Assembly (NCBI GenBank): GCA_002753735.1
Contig: PEAN01000007.1
Coordinates: forward strand, 63,883 to 95,882
DNA length: 32,000 bases
Direction of reading: 5' to 3'
Origin: Magnetococcales bacterium DCbin4
Lineage (GTDB): Bacteria > Pseudomonadota > Magnetococcia > Magnetococcales > UBA8363
The notes beneath the pieces were generated by a model that searched no databases, was not told where the DNA came from, and saw only the letters and a list, made by a program, of their open reading frames with translations. This document shows, one piece after another, positions 15,353 through 24,738 of this stretch. Both the position numbers and the translations under genes were made by a program. Within the stretch, counting starts at the first letter, position 1. Each line of letters opens with the position of its first letter.

Positions 15353-15580
15353 TCATGCCTTGCCCATGATGATGAACGCGACCACCAAGCCGTAAAGGGC
15401 AACCGCTTCCACAAACGCCATGCCGATCCAGATGTATTTGGCAAGTTGTGCCTCGGCGGCGGGTTGACGGGCGATGGCTTCGATGGCTTTACCGAAAAGG
15501 ACTCCAAGTCCCACACCGGATCCGGCGAATCCGAGTGCGGCAAGTCCCATTCCGATCAAAGCAGCGGCTGTGGCATCCAT
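15353..15580 (-). CDS. atpE: F0F1 ATP synthase subunit c
   Basis: 75-aa hairpin proteolipid: MDATAAALIGMGLAALGFAGSGVGLG...ARQP...AFVEAVALYGLVVAFIIMG. GGAAGGAGAG RBS upstream. Confidence 0.9.
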   Translation of the reverse strand: MDATAAALIGMGLAALGFAGSGVGLGVLFGKAIEAIARQPAAEAQLAKYIWIGMAFVEAVALYGLVVAFIIMGKA

Positions 15581-15651
15581 TGAATCTCTCCTTCCGAAGG
15601 CAGGCTTGAAAATGAACAGGGGTCTATGTGTGCCACGATCCCATGCCGCTG

Positions 15652-16440
15652 TCAATGCATGTGTATGGAGTCATTGATGTAGACACAGGTCAGGATGGTG
15701 AAGATATAGGCCTGGATGAAACCGATGAAGATTTCAACTCCGGTAAAAACAACAGTAAATCCGAAGGGAAGCCAGGCACCCCACCATGGCAGGGTGATGA
15801 CGTAGAAAAACATGACCGCAAGCATGGTATGTCCTGCGGTCATGTTGGCGAACAGACGAACGGCCAGCGAAACCGGGCGGGCGAGAAAAGAGATGATTTC
15901 GATGGGAACCATCAACGGCATCAACAGTACCGGCACTCCGCTGGGAACGAAAAATTTAAGATAATGGCTGCCATGGAGATAAAAGCCGTAGACGAACGAA
16001 AAGGCAACGATGGACATGGAAAATGTAGCGGTCACGATCAATTGTGAGGTGACCGTGAAGGAACCGGGAATCAATCCGGCCAGATTGCAGAAAAGAATGA
16101 AGTAGAACAACGTGAAAATGTAGGGAAAGAAGGGACGCCCCTTGTCCCCGATGATTTCGGTCACGATGCCATGGATGAAAAGATATCCCAACTCACCCAG
16201 GCTTTGCATCCGTCCGGGGACGGTAGTCGGATTTTTGAAGGCCAGACGGAAGAAGATCATGACCAGGGCGATGGCAATCCACATCCACAGGACGGAATTG
16301 GAAATGGAGATATCCAACAGCCCCAGAAAAGAGACATCCACCTGTTTGGTCACCAGGAAATGGTGTAGCGGATCCATTTTGGGTGCCACGGCAGCGATGG
16401 CGTGGTTTGTGACATCCGTGGAGGTAACGGTTGAACTCAT
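15652..16440 (-). CDS. atpB: F0F1 ATP synthase subunit a
   Basis: 262-aa polytopic membrane protein. It carries the conserved LAVRLFANMTAGH motif with the essential Arg. Confidence 0.9.
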   Translation of the reverse strand: MSSTVTSTDVTNHAIAAVAPKMDPLHHFLVTKQVDVSFLGLLDISISNSVLWMWIAIALVMIFFRLAFKNPTTVPGRMQSLGELGYLFIHGIVTEIIGDKGRPFFPYIFTLFYFILFCNLAGLIPGSFTVTSQLIVTATFSMSIVAFSFVYGFYLHGSHYLKFFVPSGVPVLLMPLMVPIEIISFLARPVSLAVRLFANMTAGHTMLAVMFFYVITLPWWGAWLPFGFTVVFTGVEIFIGFIQAYIFTILTCVYINDSIHMH

Positions 16441-16466
16441 GATTCCTCTGATGCCTCGATTGAGTG

Positions 16467-16763
16467 TCAGGTTGAAGGTGGCGTGGACTGGACCAGGCGG
16501 TACGCATTACGCATTCCGGCAGCGGCGCCGAAAAACAAGAACACCACCGTTCCCCAAGGATCCGAATGAAGCCAATGATCCAAAAGGTACCCCAACCCGG
16601 TACCGATCATCGTAGCCACAACCAATTCAGTCCCCAGGCGCATGGCCAATCCCGCTCCCGAGGATCCCATTCCCGGATGTCGGGGCCCGGGGGCAACCGT
16701 CCTGGAATCGCTGTCCGTTGGTGCAGTTGGTTTGGTTCCAGAACTCGGGTCGGGCGTTGCCAA
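16467..16763 (-). CDS. atpI: AtpI/AtpZ-family F0F1-ATPase accessory membrane protein
   Basis: Small two-TM protein (LGTELVVATMIGTGLGYLLDHWL...VVFLFFGAAAGMRNAYRLV) directly upstream of atpB. The start is uncertain. Confidence 0.65.
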   Translation of the reverse strand: MATPDPSSGTKPTAPTDSDSRTVAPGPRHPGMGSSGAGLAMRLGTELVVATMIGTGLGYLLDHWLHSDPWGTVVFLFFGAAAGMRNAYRLVQSTPPST

Positions 16764-16891
16764 GGGTTTATACCATTTCCTTAGAAGCCTGTATCAGCGA
16801 TGACATTCACGATGATTCCATCATTTCAGGGGGACATCCTAAAAAACCTTTGCCCCGCTGTCAACATTCGTGTCCCGCCATGAGGTGAATA

Positions 16892-16928
16892 TGATCAAGA
16901 AAAAAGGGCGGGGGGATGAGGTCCACCC
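16892..16928 (-). terminator. Terminator-like hairpin that is also a degenerate arm of the repeat family, downstream of ntrC
   Basis: The minus strand reads GGGTGG-acctcatcccc-CCGCCC followed directly by TTTTTT, with one G.U pair in the stem. The sequence gatcaagaaaaaagggcgggggg resembles the repeat arms. Confidence 0.35.
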
Positions 16929-17054
16929 GATATTGGTCCTGCACCTGGATTCCGCCTTGTCACATTGATTCACCAGGGACTGATGATTCCTTTGGAATGT
17001 CAACCGGGGCCTGACCGCACCCAAGGCTCTTTTTTATGATTGTGATCGATCACC

Positions 17055-17159
17055 AAAGTCAAAACCTTGGGGGACTTCTTCCCCAAACCCCCCTGTGGGG
17101 GATGTAAAATCAAAACCCTGGGGGCAATCCCTTGAGATCCCATTTATTTATTGATCAAG
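17055..17159 (-). repeat. Intergenic repeat, copy D: two-hairpin subfamily, inverted relative to copy F
   Basis: aaagtcaaaaccttgggggacttcttccccaaacccccctgtgggggatgtaaaatcaaaaccctgggggcaatcccttgagatccc...ttgatcaag. Its reverse complement aligns with 28563-28688, apart from the tandem GATTTT/GGTTTT expansion there. Confidence 0.75.
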
Positions 17160-17194
17160 ATGACAAAAACCATGTATCCCGAATTGGATGCGGT

Positions 17195-18664
17195 TCAATC
17201 CAATCCCATGTCGGTGCATTTTTTGCGCAAGGTGTTGCGGTTGAGTCCCAGAATGCGTGCCGCTTTGACGCGATTGCCGCGGGTTTCACGCAAAACACGC
17301 GCAAACAGGGCCGTTTCCATTTGGCGCAGGACGATTTCATGCAGATTGGTGATGTCGGCGGCATTGAATGTGGCAAAGTGACGTTCGACCAGGGCGATGA
17401 CACAATCTTCCAGAGAAGGACCTGGAGGGGGACGGGAATCCCGGGACGGTTCCTGCGTCAAGGAATGGATCAGGGGGGGGGTGTTGTTGGCGTTTTCGGT
17501 TCCGGTGCCGATGAAATCCAGGCGGTCGGGTCCGATGGTATCGTGCGGGGCCAGGATCATCAGGCGCTGAATGAGGTTTTCCAATTCGCGGACGTTGCCG
17601 GGCCAATTGTAGGATTGCAATACCGCGATGGCCTCGGGGGTGAACCATTTGGGGGGGATGTTGACCTTTTTGGAAACCTGGGCGAAGAAATAATCGCACA
17701 ACAAGGGGATGTCCTCGGGGCGGGAACGCAGCGAGGGGACGCTCAACGGAATGACGTTCAAACGATAAAACAAATCTTCGCGAAATCGTCCGCTGGCAAT
17801 CGCCAGAGGGAGATCCTGATGGGTGGCGGCGATGATGCGGACGTTGGCGCTGATGGTTTCGGTTCCGCCGATCCGGGTGAAGGTTCCGTTTTGCAATACC
17901 CGCAGCAAACGTGTCTGGGCTTCCATCGGCATGTCGCCGATCTCATCGAGAAACAATGTCCCTTCACGCGTCCGCTCGAAATGTCCGGTACGCCGGGAAA
18001 TGGCTCCGGTGAATGCCCCCTTTTCGTGGCCGAACAATTCGCTTTCCACCAGATTCCTGGGAATGGCAGCCATGTTGATGGCGGTGAACGGACCATGCCG
18101 CCGCGGACTGTGGGCATGAATGGCCCGGGCCACCAACTCCTTGCCGGTCCCCGACTCCCCATGAATCAATACCGTCATCTCCGAATTGGCCAGCCGGCCA
18201 ATGGTGCGAAACAACTCCTGCATCGCCCGTGATGAACCGATGATCCCGCCGAAACGGTCCATGTCCACCCCCTTTTTCGGGGAGTGGGGGGTGCTGCCGT
18301 CCAACGCCCGACCGACCAGTTCCACGATCTTGATGATGTCGAAGGGTTTGGAAAGATATTCAAACGCCCCTCGTTCAAAAGCCCCCACGGCGTTTCTCAA
18401 GGTACTTTGCGCGGTGATGACGATGACGGGCAGTTCCGGCCGCAGTGTCTTGAGCGTCTTCAACAGATCCAGCCCCGAACCGCCCGGCATGACGATGTCG
18501 GTGATCACCAGATCGCCGTCACCGGGCGTGGCCCGGGCGAGCAGATCTTTGCAATTGTTGAACGTTTCGACCGCAAAACCTGCCTGGGTCAAGGCGGTTT
18601 CAAGCACAAAGCGGATCGATGCATCATCGTCGGCGACCAGAATGGTTTTTGGATGGTGGCTCAT
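17195..18664 (-). CDS. ntrC: Nitrogen regulation response regulator NtrC (NR-I), a sigma-54 activator
   Basis: REC domain (ILVADDDASIRFVLETAL, DLVITDIVMPG). AAA+ core (GESGTGKELVARAIH, GAFTGA). C-terminal Fis HTH (GNRVKAARILGLNRNTLRKK). The ATG at 18664 lies directly after the ntrB stop; the track ORF extends to 18742. Confidence 0.9.
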   Translation of the reverse strand: MSHHPKTILVADDDASIRFVLETALTQAGFAVETFNNCKDLLARATPGDGDLVITDIVMPGGSGLDLLKTLKTLRPELPVIVITAQSTLRNAVGAFERGAFEYLSKPFDIIKIVELVGRALDGSTPHSPKKGVDMDRFGGIIGSSRAMQELFRTIGRLANSEMTVLIHGESGTGKELVARAIHAHSPRRHGPFTAINMAAIPRNLVESELFGHEKGAFTGAISRRTGHFERTREGTLFLDEIGDMPMEAQTRLLRVLQNGTFTRIGGTETISANVRIIAATHQDLPLAIASGRFREDLFYRLNVIPLSVPSLRSRPEDIPLLCDYFFAQVSKKVNIPPKWFTPEAIAVLQSYNWPGNVRELENLIQRLMILAPHDTIGPDRLDFIGTGTENANNTPPLIHSLTQEPSRDSRPPPGPSLEDCVIALVERHFATFNAADITNLHEIVLRQMETALFARVLRETRGNRVKAARILGLNRNTLRKKCTDMGLD

Positions 18665-18665
18665 G

Positions 18666-19760
18666 TCAGGGTATCGGCAGAAAGATGCGGAAAATCGTAC
18701 GTCCCGGATGACTTTCCACCTCGATCTGACCGCCATGATCATGGACGATCTTCTGACAGATGGTCAGCCCCAGGCCGGTTCCCTTGATTTTGGTGGTCAC
18801 AAACGGCAGAAAAATTCTTTTTTTCATTTCATCCGGAATGCCAGGGCCGTTGTCCTGAATTTCGACGATGATCTGTTTGCGTCGCCGTCCCTGTTCGAAC
18901 CGGATCCGGTCGGAAATGCGCGAAACCATGTGCAGGGTTGGATGTTGGACCCCGCGCAGGGCTTCCAGGGCGTTTTGCAGCAGATTGAGGAACAACTGCA
19001 CCAGTTGATCCCGGTCACCGCGGATGAACGGAAGTGAGGGGTCGAAGTCGATGATCGGCTCCGGGGTCATGGGGCCGATGATTTTTTGGACATGATTGAG
19101 GATTTCATGAATATTGGTTTCTTTTTCCATCACCGGTTGATTGTCTGCCAGACCCAGCAATGAATCCAACAAACGGCTGATCCGATCCACTTCCGAACGG
19201 ATCAACTGAGTGCAGGTGATGGCGGAGGCGCTGGGGGATTGCATTTCGATCAGTTGGGCGGCACCGCGGATTCCCGCCAGGGGGTTTTTGACCTCATGGG
19301 CAACCGACATCGCAAGGAAACCAAGAGAATCGAGCGTTTCGTTCAATCGTTCTCCCGCTTCCAGGCGTTCCGAATCACCCATTTCCTCCAGTTGCAACAA
19401 GGTTCCCATGGGTACGCCTTCGGCACTGCGGATGGGAACGACCGTCAGGGAGACCGACAGCAGTCGGTCGGGGGCGGGGGCGATGTGGGACGAACGGCTG
19501 CGAAAGGGCATGTTCAGGTTTTGGGCGCGATGGATCAGATCCAGCGCCACCGGATACCCGGGCAAAAGCATTTCGATGGATTGTCCCAACAGCCAGCGGC
19601 GGGTTTTGCCAAACATCCGTTCGCTGGCGGCGTTGACGTTTTGCACTGTCATCTGGTTGTCCAATGCCAGCAGGGCCATGTCGAGGTGGTCCCAGAGCAT
19701 GGCCAGGGGAAAGGGACTCACTTCCCGTGATTTTTCTTCGGGTTTGACGGTCGGCATCAT
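18666..19760 (-). CDS. ntrB: Nitrogen regulation sensor histidine kinase NtrB (NR-II)
   Basis: N-terminal PAS, H-box SVAHEVKNPLAGIRGAAQL, and HATPase motifs (DNGPGIP, GTGLGL). It lies between dusB and ntrC. Confidence 0.85.
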   Translation of the reverse strand: MMPTVKPEEKSREVSPFPLAMLWDHLDMALLALDNQMTVQNVNAASERMFGKTRRWLLGQSIEMLLPGYPVALDLIHRAQNLNMPFRSRSSHIAPAPDRLLSVSLTVVPIRSAEGVPMGTLLQLEEMGDSERLEAGERLNETLDSLGFLAMSVAHEVKNPLAGIRGAAQLIEMQSPSASAITCTQLIRSEVDRISRLLDSLLGLADNQPVMEKETNIHEILNHVQKIIGPMTPEPIIDFDPSLPFIRGDRDQLVQLFLNLLQNALEALRGVQHPTLHMVSRISDRIRFEQGRRRKQIIVEIQDNGPGIPDEMKKRIFLPFVTTKIKGTGLGLTICQKIVHDHGGQIEVESHPGRTIFRIFLPIP

Positions 19761-20788
19761 TGGACTCGGTGTTCGGGTTGAGCATCGAAGAATTGTTGAA
19801 TCATGGTGGCGGTGGTATCGGGGTCGGGCGAATGGTTGATGGCGTCACGGAAACGGGCCCCTTCGGCCAGACCCCGGGTGTGCCAGGCAAGGTGTTTGCG
19901 GGCGGCACGGTTGCCGATCACCGGCCCCATGTGTTCGATCATGGCATGGAAATGGTCCATGACCAGGGTGCGCCGCTGATCCAGTCCGGGAGGAGGGGTC
20001 AGGGTGCCATGGTTGAGGAAATCGGCGACCTGGGAAAAAATCCAGGGTCTTCCCAGCGCGGCGCGACCCATCATGATGCCATCCACGCCGGTGACGGCAA
20101 GCATCTTTTGGGCGCTCTGTCCGTCAATGACATCGCCATTGCCAACGACAGGGATGGTGAGGGTTTGCTTGATGGCGGCGATGGCGGTCCAGTCGGCGGT
20201 TCCATGATACATGTCGGTCCGTGTTCGACCGTGGACCGTGACCATGCGGGCGCCATTGTCCTGGGCCAGACGGGCGATGGTCAAGCCGTTTTTGTGTTGA
20301 TGGTCCCATCCCAGGCGGATTTTGACCGTGACCGGGACGGTGACGGCCCGAACCACGGCGGCGATGATGGCGGCTGCCCGGGATTCATCCTTGAGGAGTG
20401 CGGCTCCGGCGCCGTTGTTGCAGATTTTCTTGACCGGACATCCCATGTTGATGTCGATGATCCGGGCGCCAAGCCCTTCGTTCATCCGGGCCGCCTCGGC
20501 CATGACGGCAGGATCGGATCCCGCAATCTGCACTGCGAGGATCGGTTCTGGATGAAGGGTACTGGCAATTCTAAGGCTTTTTGGAGTATGACGGATCATG
20601 GCCTGGGAGGCGACCATTTCGGAAAAGGCCAGATGTGCTCCAAATCTCAAGGCCAGATTGCGAAACGGGGCATCGGTCACCCCGGCCATGGGGGCAAGGA
20701 TCAGGGGAATGGATCTGCCCTGTGACGTGGTGCGGGAAAAAAGTTGTGAAATGGCATCCATGGATCGGCCGTTGATGTCGTAGCCCAA
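19757..20788 (-). CDS. dusB: tRNA-dihydrouridine synthase B (NifR3 family)
   Basis: LAPMAGVTDAPFR, IDINMGCPVKK and VTVHGRTR motifs. The stop overlaps the ntrB start (ATGA), giving the classic nifR3-ntrB-ntrC arrangement. Confidence 0.9.
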   Translation of the reverse strand: MGYDINGRSMDAISQLFSRTTSQGRSIPLILAPMAGVTDAPFRNLALRFGAHLAFSEMVASQAMIRHTPKSLRIASTLHPEPILAVQIAGSDPAVMAEAARMNEGLGARIIDINMGCPVKKICNNGAGAALLKDESRAAAIIAAVVRAVTVPVTVKIRLGWDHQHKNGLTIARLAQDNGARMVTVHGRTRTDMYHGTADWTAIAAIKQTLTIPVVGNGDVIDGQSAQKMLAVTGVDGIMMGRAALGRPWIFSQVADFLNHGTLTPPPGLDQRRTLVMDHFHAMIEHMGPVIGNRAARKHLAWHTRGLAEGARFRDAINHSPDPDTTATMIQQFFDAQPEHRVQ

Positions 20789-20833
20789 TAATTAGGCGAT
20801 TTTATCATTTTTTGTAAGTTTTTTTCAAGCGAA

Positions 20834-21463
20834 ATGAACCAACATCCCTTTTCCGATCTGCAATCCCGATTTGTCACTGGCGCGGTGGACGCCAAAGGAT
20901 TTCCTGTCGCCTCTTTTCCGGAAGTTGCTTTTGCGGGGCGTTCCAATGTGGGGAAATCGTCGCTTTTGAATCATCTGCTCAACCGGAAAAACCTGGCGCG
21001 GGTCAGCCGGACACCGGGCCGCACCCGGGAAATCAATTTTTTTTCCGTGGCGGAGCGGTGGATGTTCGTCGATCTGCCCGGGTATGGTTATGCCAAGGTT
21101 GCCCGTGACCAGAGGCGGTCCTGGGACCAGGTGATGGATCGTTATCTTGGTCACCGTTCCGCATTGCGGGTGGTGGTGATTTTGCTTGACTTGCGGCGCG
21201 GAATGACCGATTTGGATCGAGGATTGACTGATTTGCTGGCACAAAAAGGGATTCCCTGGCTGCCGGTGGCAACCAAGATCGACAAACTCAAATCCAATCC
21301 CCGCCGGATGGCGCTGCGGACGCTTCAGGAAGTGGTGGTCCGGATTCCCGGATATGGCTTGCCGCCGGTGGTGGCGGTATCGTCTTTGACCAACGAGGGG
21401 ATGGGGCTGTTGTGGCAACGGTTGGTGGAGATTTTGGATACCGTCCCCCGGGACTTGGAATGA
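20834..21463 (+). CDS. engB: Ribosome-biogenesis GTPase YihA/EngB
   Basis: G1 GRSNVGKSSLLN, G3 DLPGYG, G4 TKIDK. 209 aa. Confidence 0.9.
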   Translation: MNQHPFSDLQSRFVTGAVDAKGFPVASFPEVAFAGRSNVGKSSLLNHLLNRKNLARVSRTPGRTREINFFSVAERWMFVDLPGYGYAKVARDQRRSWDQVMDRYLGHRSALRVVVILLDLRRGMTDLDRGLTDLLAQKGIPWLPVATKIDKLKSNPRRMALRTLQEVVVRIPGYGLPPVVAVSSLTNEGMGLLWQRLVEILDTVPRDLE

Positions 21464-22800
21464 CGGGGCGGGATCCCCTTTCCGGCCCGCGTGGACGTGC
21501 GGTGGCGGCGGTGCTTCAGGTGATGCAGGAGGGGCTTCCCCTGCGTGGCGCGGATTGGCTGGAGGGATTGGAGACACGCGACAAAGGGTTGGCGGTTCAG
21601 ATCGCCATGGGTTCGTTGCGGCATTATTCGCTGTTGTCGGCCCAATTGACCCGATGCATGACCCGTCCACTGTCTGCCAGACGTTATTTCATCTGGGCGG
21701 TTTTGGTGACGGCTTTGTTTCAGGCCCGTTTCCTCCGGGTTCCGGCGCGGGCGGCGGTGCATGAAGCGGTCACGTTGGTCAAGAAATCCCGGGAGCGGGC
21801 CATGGCCCCCTTTTGCAACGCCGTGTTGCGCAAGGCGGTATTGTTGGATGCCGATGTCGTTCTCCATGACATCACCGATCCCATCGAACGGTTGGCCCTG
21901 GAAACCGCTTATCCCATGTGGCTGGTGCGTCGCTGGTGGCATCAGGTGGGGGAATCGGTGTGTCGTCAGCGCCTGGAGGCGGGAAACCAGCCTGCACCTT
22001 TGACCTTGCGTTTGCATGGCGATCCCGTGGCGCAGCAGGCCACCTGGCAAACATTGTCTCCCTTGGGGGCGCGCCTTTGTCCGGATACTCCGGGGGCGGT
22101 TGTGTTCGCGGCGGCAGGGGGGGTGGAGGGGATTCCCGGATATGCTGCGGGGCGATTTGCGGTAGCCGACCAGGGGGCGCAATGGATTCCACGATTGTTG
22201 CAGCCGGGGCCGGGGCAACGGATTCTTGATGCCTGTGCCGCGCCGGGGGGGAAAACAGCCCATCTGGTGCAATTGGCAGGTGAGGGAGTAACATTGACGG
22301 CGGTGGATAAAAGTCCCGCCCGCGTGCGGCGTATGCGGGAAAACCTCAAGCGATTGCGGGTGGAAGGGGTGGAGATTGTTTTGGGTGATGTGGCCGATGA
22401 CCGGTTGCTGGTGGGACGGACGTTTCACCGTGCCCTCATCGATGCCCCCTGTTCCGGGACCGGGATTATCCGGCGGCATCCTGATATCAAATGGTTGCGC
22501 CGCGAGGGTGATCCGGCACGGTTGCAACGTGAACAACTGGCAATCCTGGAGGCGGTTGCCCGGAAGATGGAACGGGCCGGGGTGATGGTGTATGCCACCT
22601 GTTCCATGGAGCCTGAAGAAAACCGGGAGGTTGTCCGCATGTTCCTCTCCAAGCATCCCCAGTGGTCGCTGGATCGCATTGTTCCTGAAACGTTGGGATT
22701 GCCGTCTGGATGGATTGATGTCGAGGGGATGTTTCAAACCTGGCCTGGACTCTGTGACATGGATGGATTTTTTGCGGCCAGGCTGGTCCAACATGGTTGA
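21460..22800 (+). CDS. rsmB: 16S rRNA (cytosine-C5)-methyltransferase RsmB/Sun
   Basis: NusB-like N-terminus, then SAM-MTase motifs LDACAAPGGKT, DAPCSGTG and YATCS. The ATG at 21460 overlaps the engB stop (ATGA). The stop TGA (22798-22800) lies in the terminus of repeat copy E. Confidence 0.85.
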   Translation: MTGRDPLSGPRGRAVAAVLQVMQEGLPLRGADWLEGLETRDKGLAVQIAMGSLRHYSLLSAQLTRCMTRPLSARRYFIWAVLVTALFQARFLRVPARAAVHEAVTLVKKSRERAMAPFCNAVLRKAVLLDADVVLHDITDPIERLALETAYPMWLVRRWWHQVGESVCRQRLEAGNQPAPLTLRLHGDPVAQQATWQTLSPLGARLCPDTPGAVVFAAAGGVEGIPGYAAGRFAVADQGAQWIPRLLQPGPGQRILDACAAPGGKTAHLVQLAGEGVTLTAVDKSPARVRRMRENLKRLRVEGVEIVLGDVADDRLLVGRTFHRALIDAPCSGTGIIRRHPDIKWLRREGDPARLQREQLAILEAVARKMERAGVMVYATCSMEPEENREVVRMFLSKHPQWSLDRIVPETLGLPSGWIDVEGMFQTWPGLCDMDGFFAARLVQHG

Positions 22801-22847
22801 AAGAAAAAAGGGGTCTGGGGGATTGCCCCCGGGGTGTTGATTTTTTT
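22796..22847 (+). repeat. Intergenic repeat, copy E: a solo left arm
   Basis: gttgaaagaaaaaaggggtctgggggattgcccccggggtgttgattttttt differs from the copy B left arm at one position. No matching right arm follows. Confidence 0.8.
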
Positions 22848-22900
22848 GACGTTACACCTGTGTGGCATTCATCTCCAGGTGGATGGGTTAGGACGGATCA

Positions 22901-23464
22901 GTGGAAGCATTTCTCCTTGAGTATGGGTATTTGGTGCTGTTCATCGGGACGTTTCTGGAGGGGGAAACGATTCTTCTGGTGGCGGCCTACCTGGCTTCCC
23001 GTGGTTATCTCGACTTGTGGATGTCGATCCTTGTGGCGGGTACGGGTACCTTCCTGGGGGATCAGTTGACGTTTTGGATTGGACGGCGTTTGGGCAAGGA
23101 ATGGTTTTGGAAGCGTGAACGCCGCTGGACCAAAGGGGTTCGGCGGGTTCTTGAGCTGATTCAGCGTTGGGATATCTGGTTTGTCTTGAGTTACCGTTTC
23201 TTCTACGGCGTGCGCAACGTCAGTTCGTTTGCCCTGGGGATGAGTGACCTTTCCTTTATCCGGTTTTTGGTCCTCAATTTCATGGCTTCTTCCATTTGGG
23301 CACTTTCATTTGGTTTTGCGGGCTACTTCTTTGGCAAGGCGGTCAATCGGGTTTTAAGCCAGGTGATGGAATATGAAATGTATATTTTGTCAGGATTGGG
23401 CATCCTGGCGCTTACGATCTGGCTGATCAACCGGTTGGCGGCAAAAAAGAAGCAGGCCATGTGA
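22901..23464 (+). CDS. DedA-family inner-membrane protein
   Basis: GTG start. YGYLVLFIGTFLEGETILLVAAYLA and the downstream FFYGVRNVSSFALG are typical of DedA/SNARE-associated proteins. Confidence 0.8.
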   Translation: MEAFLLEYGYLVLFIGTFLEGETILLVAAYLASRGYLDLWMSILVAGTGTFLGDQLTFWIGRRLGKEWFWKRERRWTKGVRRVLELIQRWDIWFVLSYRFFYGVRNVSSFALGMSDLSFIRFLVLNFMASSIWALSFGFAGYFFGKAVNRVLSQVMEYEMYILSGLGILALTIWLINRLAAKKKQAM

Positions 23465-23487
23465 AGGATGGTTTTGTGGCATGAAGA

Positions 23488-23916
23488 TCAACAACCCCCT
23501 GATGGGGGTTCGTGTACCATGACAAACCACGCGACCCCGAAACGATCCTGCACCATGCCAAAACAGGGAGACCAGAAGGTTTTTCCCAGGGGCATCTGTA
23601 CCTGTCCGCCTTCGCTCAAGGCGGTGAAGATCCGTTCTGCCGTACCGGCATCGGTCAGCGACAGGGTCAATGAAAATCCCTTGAAGCTGGCCTGACCGTC
23701 ACACCGTCCATCGGAAACCATGACCATGGTGTCACCGATGCGCAGGTTTGCATGCATGACCTTGTCGCCGGCATCCGCGCTGGGCCAATGCTCGGGGGGT
23801 TCGGGGCTGTCCCGGAAACGCATGAGAAACGTCACTTCGGCCCCCAAAACGTTGCGGTACAACGTGATGGCTTCATCACAACGTCCTTCAAAAAACAGAT
23901 AAGGTTCGACGTTCAT
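23488..23916 (-). CDS. VOC/glyoxalase-fold protein (PhnB-like)
   Basis: MNVEPYLFFEGRCDEAITLYRNVLGAEV...VMHANLRIGDTMVMVSDG...FGMVQDRFGVAW matches the PhnB/YjdN-type family. Confidence 0.75.
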   Translation of the reverse strand: MNVEPYLFFEGRCDEAITLYRNVLGAEVTFLMRFRDSPEPPEHWPSADAGDKVMHANLRIGDTMVMVSDGRCDGQASFKGFSLTLSLTDAGTAERIFTALSEGGQVQMPLGKTFWSPCFGMVQDRFGVAWFVMVHEPPSGGC

Positions 23917-23952
23917 GGTCCATCCTTTCCGGCCAGCCCGACGAATGGGGGG

Positions 23953-24135
23953 TTACTTCGTGGGTTCGTAATAGCAATTCTTTGGTGATGTGACTTTGCC
24001 TTTTTTCTTCATCGCGGTGACGATCTTGCCTACTTCCTTCGGATCCAGCCCCGTGATCGCGGCCACTTCGGCATTTTTGAGCGGTTTGCCTGCTTTTTCC
24101 ATGGCCTCAAGAATGATTTTTTCTTTGTTTTCCAT
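23953..24135 (-). CDS. Small (60-aa) Lys-rich putative winged-helix DNA-binding protein
   Basis: ILEAMEKAGKPLKNAEVAAITGLDPKEVGKIVTAMKKKGKV looks like a MarR/wHTH-type recognition unit. It begins 18 nt after the ccdB stop on the same strand, and the region is locally AT-rich. Confidence 0.5.
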   Translation of the reverse strand: MENKEKIILEAMEKAGKPLKNAEVAAITGLDPKEVGKIVTAMKKKGKVTSPKNCYYEPTK

Positions 24136-24153
24136 GATTCTATCCTCAAATTG

Positions 24154-24462
24154 TCAGATGCCGGTAAAGATCAGGTCCACGGCGGCGATGATCTCACGGC
24201 GTAGGGTACTCAATGAACCCACCACTTCTTTCAGTTCGGAATGCCGAACCGCAGCCATTTCCGCCGTGGAAAGGAAAAATGTCCCACCGGCCAGGTCAAC
24301 GGTTGGGTTGAGAATACGGACCAGTGGCGTATCCGGGCAGACCGGATAAAGCGGAATAACCACCCGGGTTTTCAATGTATGAAGCAGATCGCTCTGCACT
24401 TCTACCAGGAATGCCACCTGGCTGCCGCTTCTGCGGTATTCATAAAGGTCGAACCGAGCCAT
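24154..24462 (-). CDS. ccdB: CcdB-family type II toxin (gyrase poison family)
   Basis: MARFDLYEYRRSGSQVAFLVEVQSDLLHTLKTRVVIPL...REIIAAVDLIFTGI runs parallel to F-plasmid CcdB (FKVYTY...[21 protein letters not shown]...NAINLMFWGI). Confidence 0.85.
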   Translation of the reverse strand: MARFDLYEYRRSGSQVAFLVEVQSDLLHTLKTRVVIPLYPVCPDTPLVRILNPTVDLAGGTFFLSTAEMAAVRHSELKEVVGSLSTLRREIIAAVDLIFTGI

Positions 24463-24710
24463 CAGAAAAGTCGTTCGCCATCGCTGAACGGGCCATCTCG
24501 TTCGATGCGTTGGTTGTAGACCTCAATGGCGGTTCGGTTTTCCTCCTGCCAGGTGTGTCGTTTGCGTTCGGCAACGACCTGGGCGAGATGGTTCTCCAAC
24601 TCTTTGGAAATATTGATTTTCAATGCTTTCGCCTGGGCCGCCAGAGTGCTGTTGATACGCACGTTGAGGGGACGCTTCGGGGCAAGTGGATCGAACAGCG
24701 GCGTTTCCAT
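24462..24710 (-). CDS. ccdA: CcdA-family antitoxin
   Basis: KRPLNVRINSTLAAQAKALKINISKELENHL...EENRTAIEVYNQRIERDGPFSD is CcdA-like. The stop overlaps the ccdB ATG (TGATG). ATG start at 24710; the track ORF begins at a TTG at 24725. Confidence 0.8.
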   Translation of the reverse strand: METPLFDPLAPKRPLNVRINSTLAAQAKALKINISKELENHLAQVVAERKRHTWQEENRTAIEVYNQRIERDGPFSDGERLF

Positions 24711-24738
24711 GGCAGCCAATTCCAAGATATTGAAGCTG

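Noticed and set aside
10386-16800. A search for sigma-54 promoters (TGGCAC-N5-TTGC) as targets of the orphan bEBP or of NtrC.
   Set aside because: The candidates seen by eye (for example cggcaggaaggtccat near 11530 on the minus strand and tggtaaatgttggttc at 12631) lack the -12 TTGC element. No promoter is reported. The scan was manual and incomplete.
16839-17024. 61-aa ORF between atpI and ntrC.
   Set aside because: No RBS and no motif, and it lies in a region made of degenerate repeat arms and the probable atp promoter and ntrC terminator.
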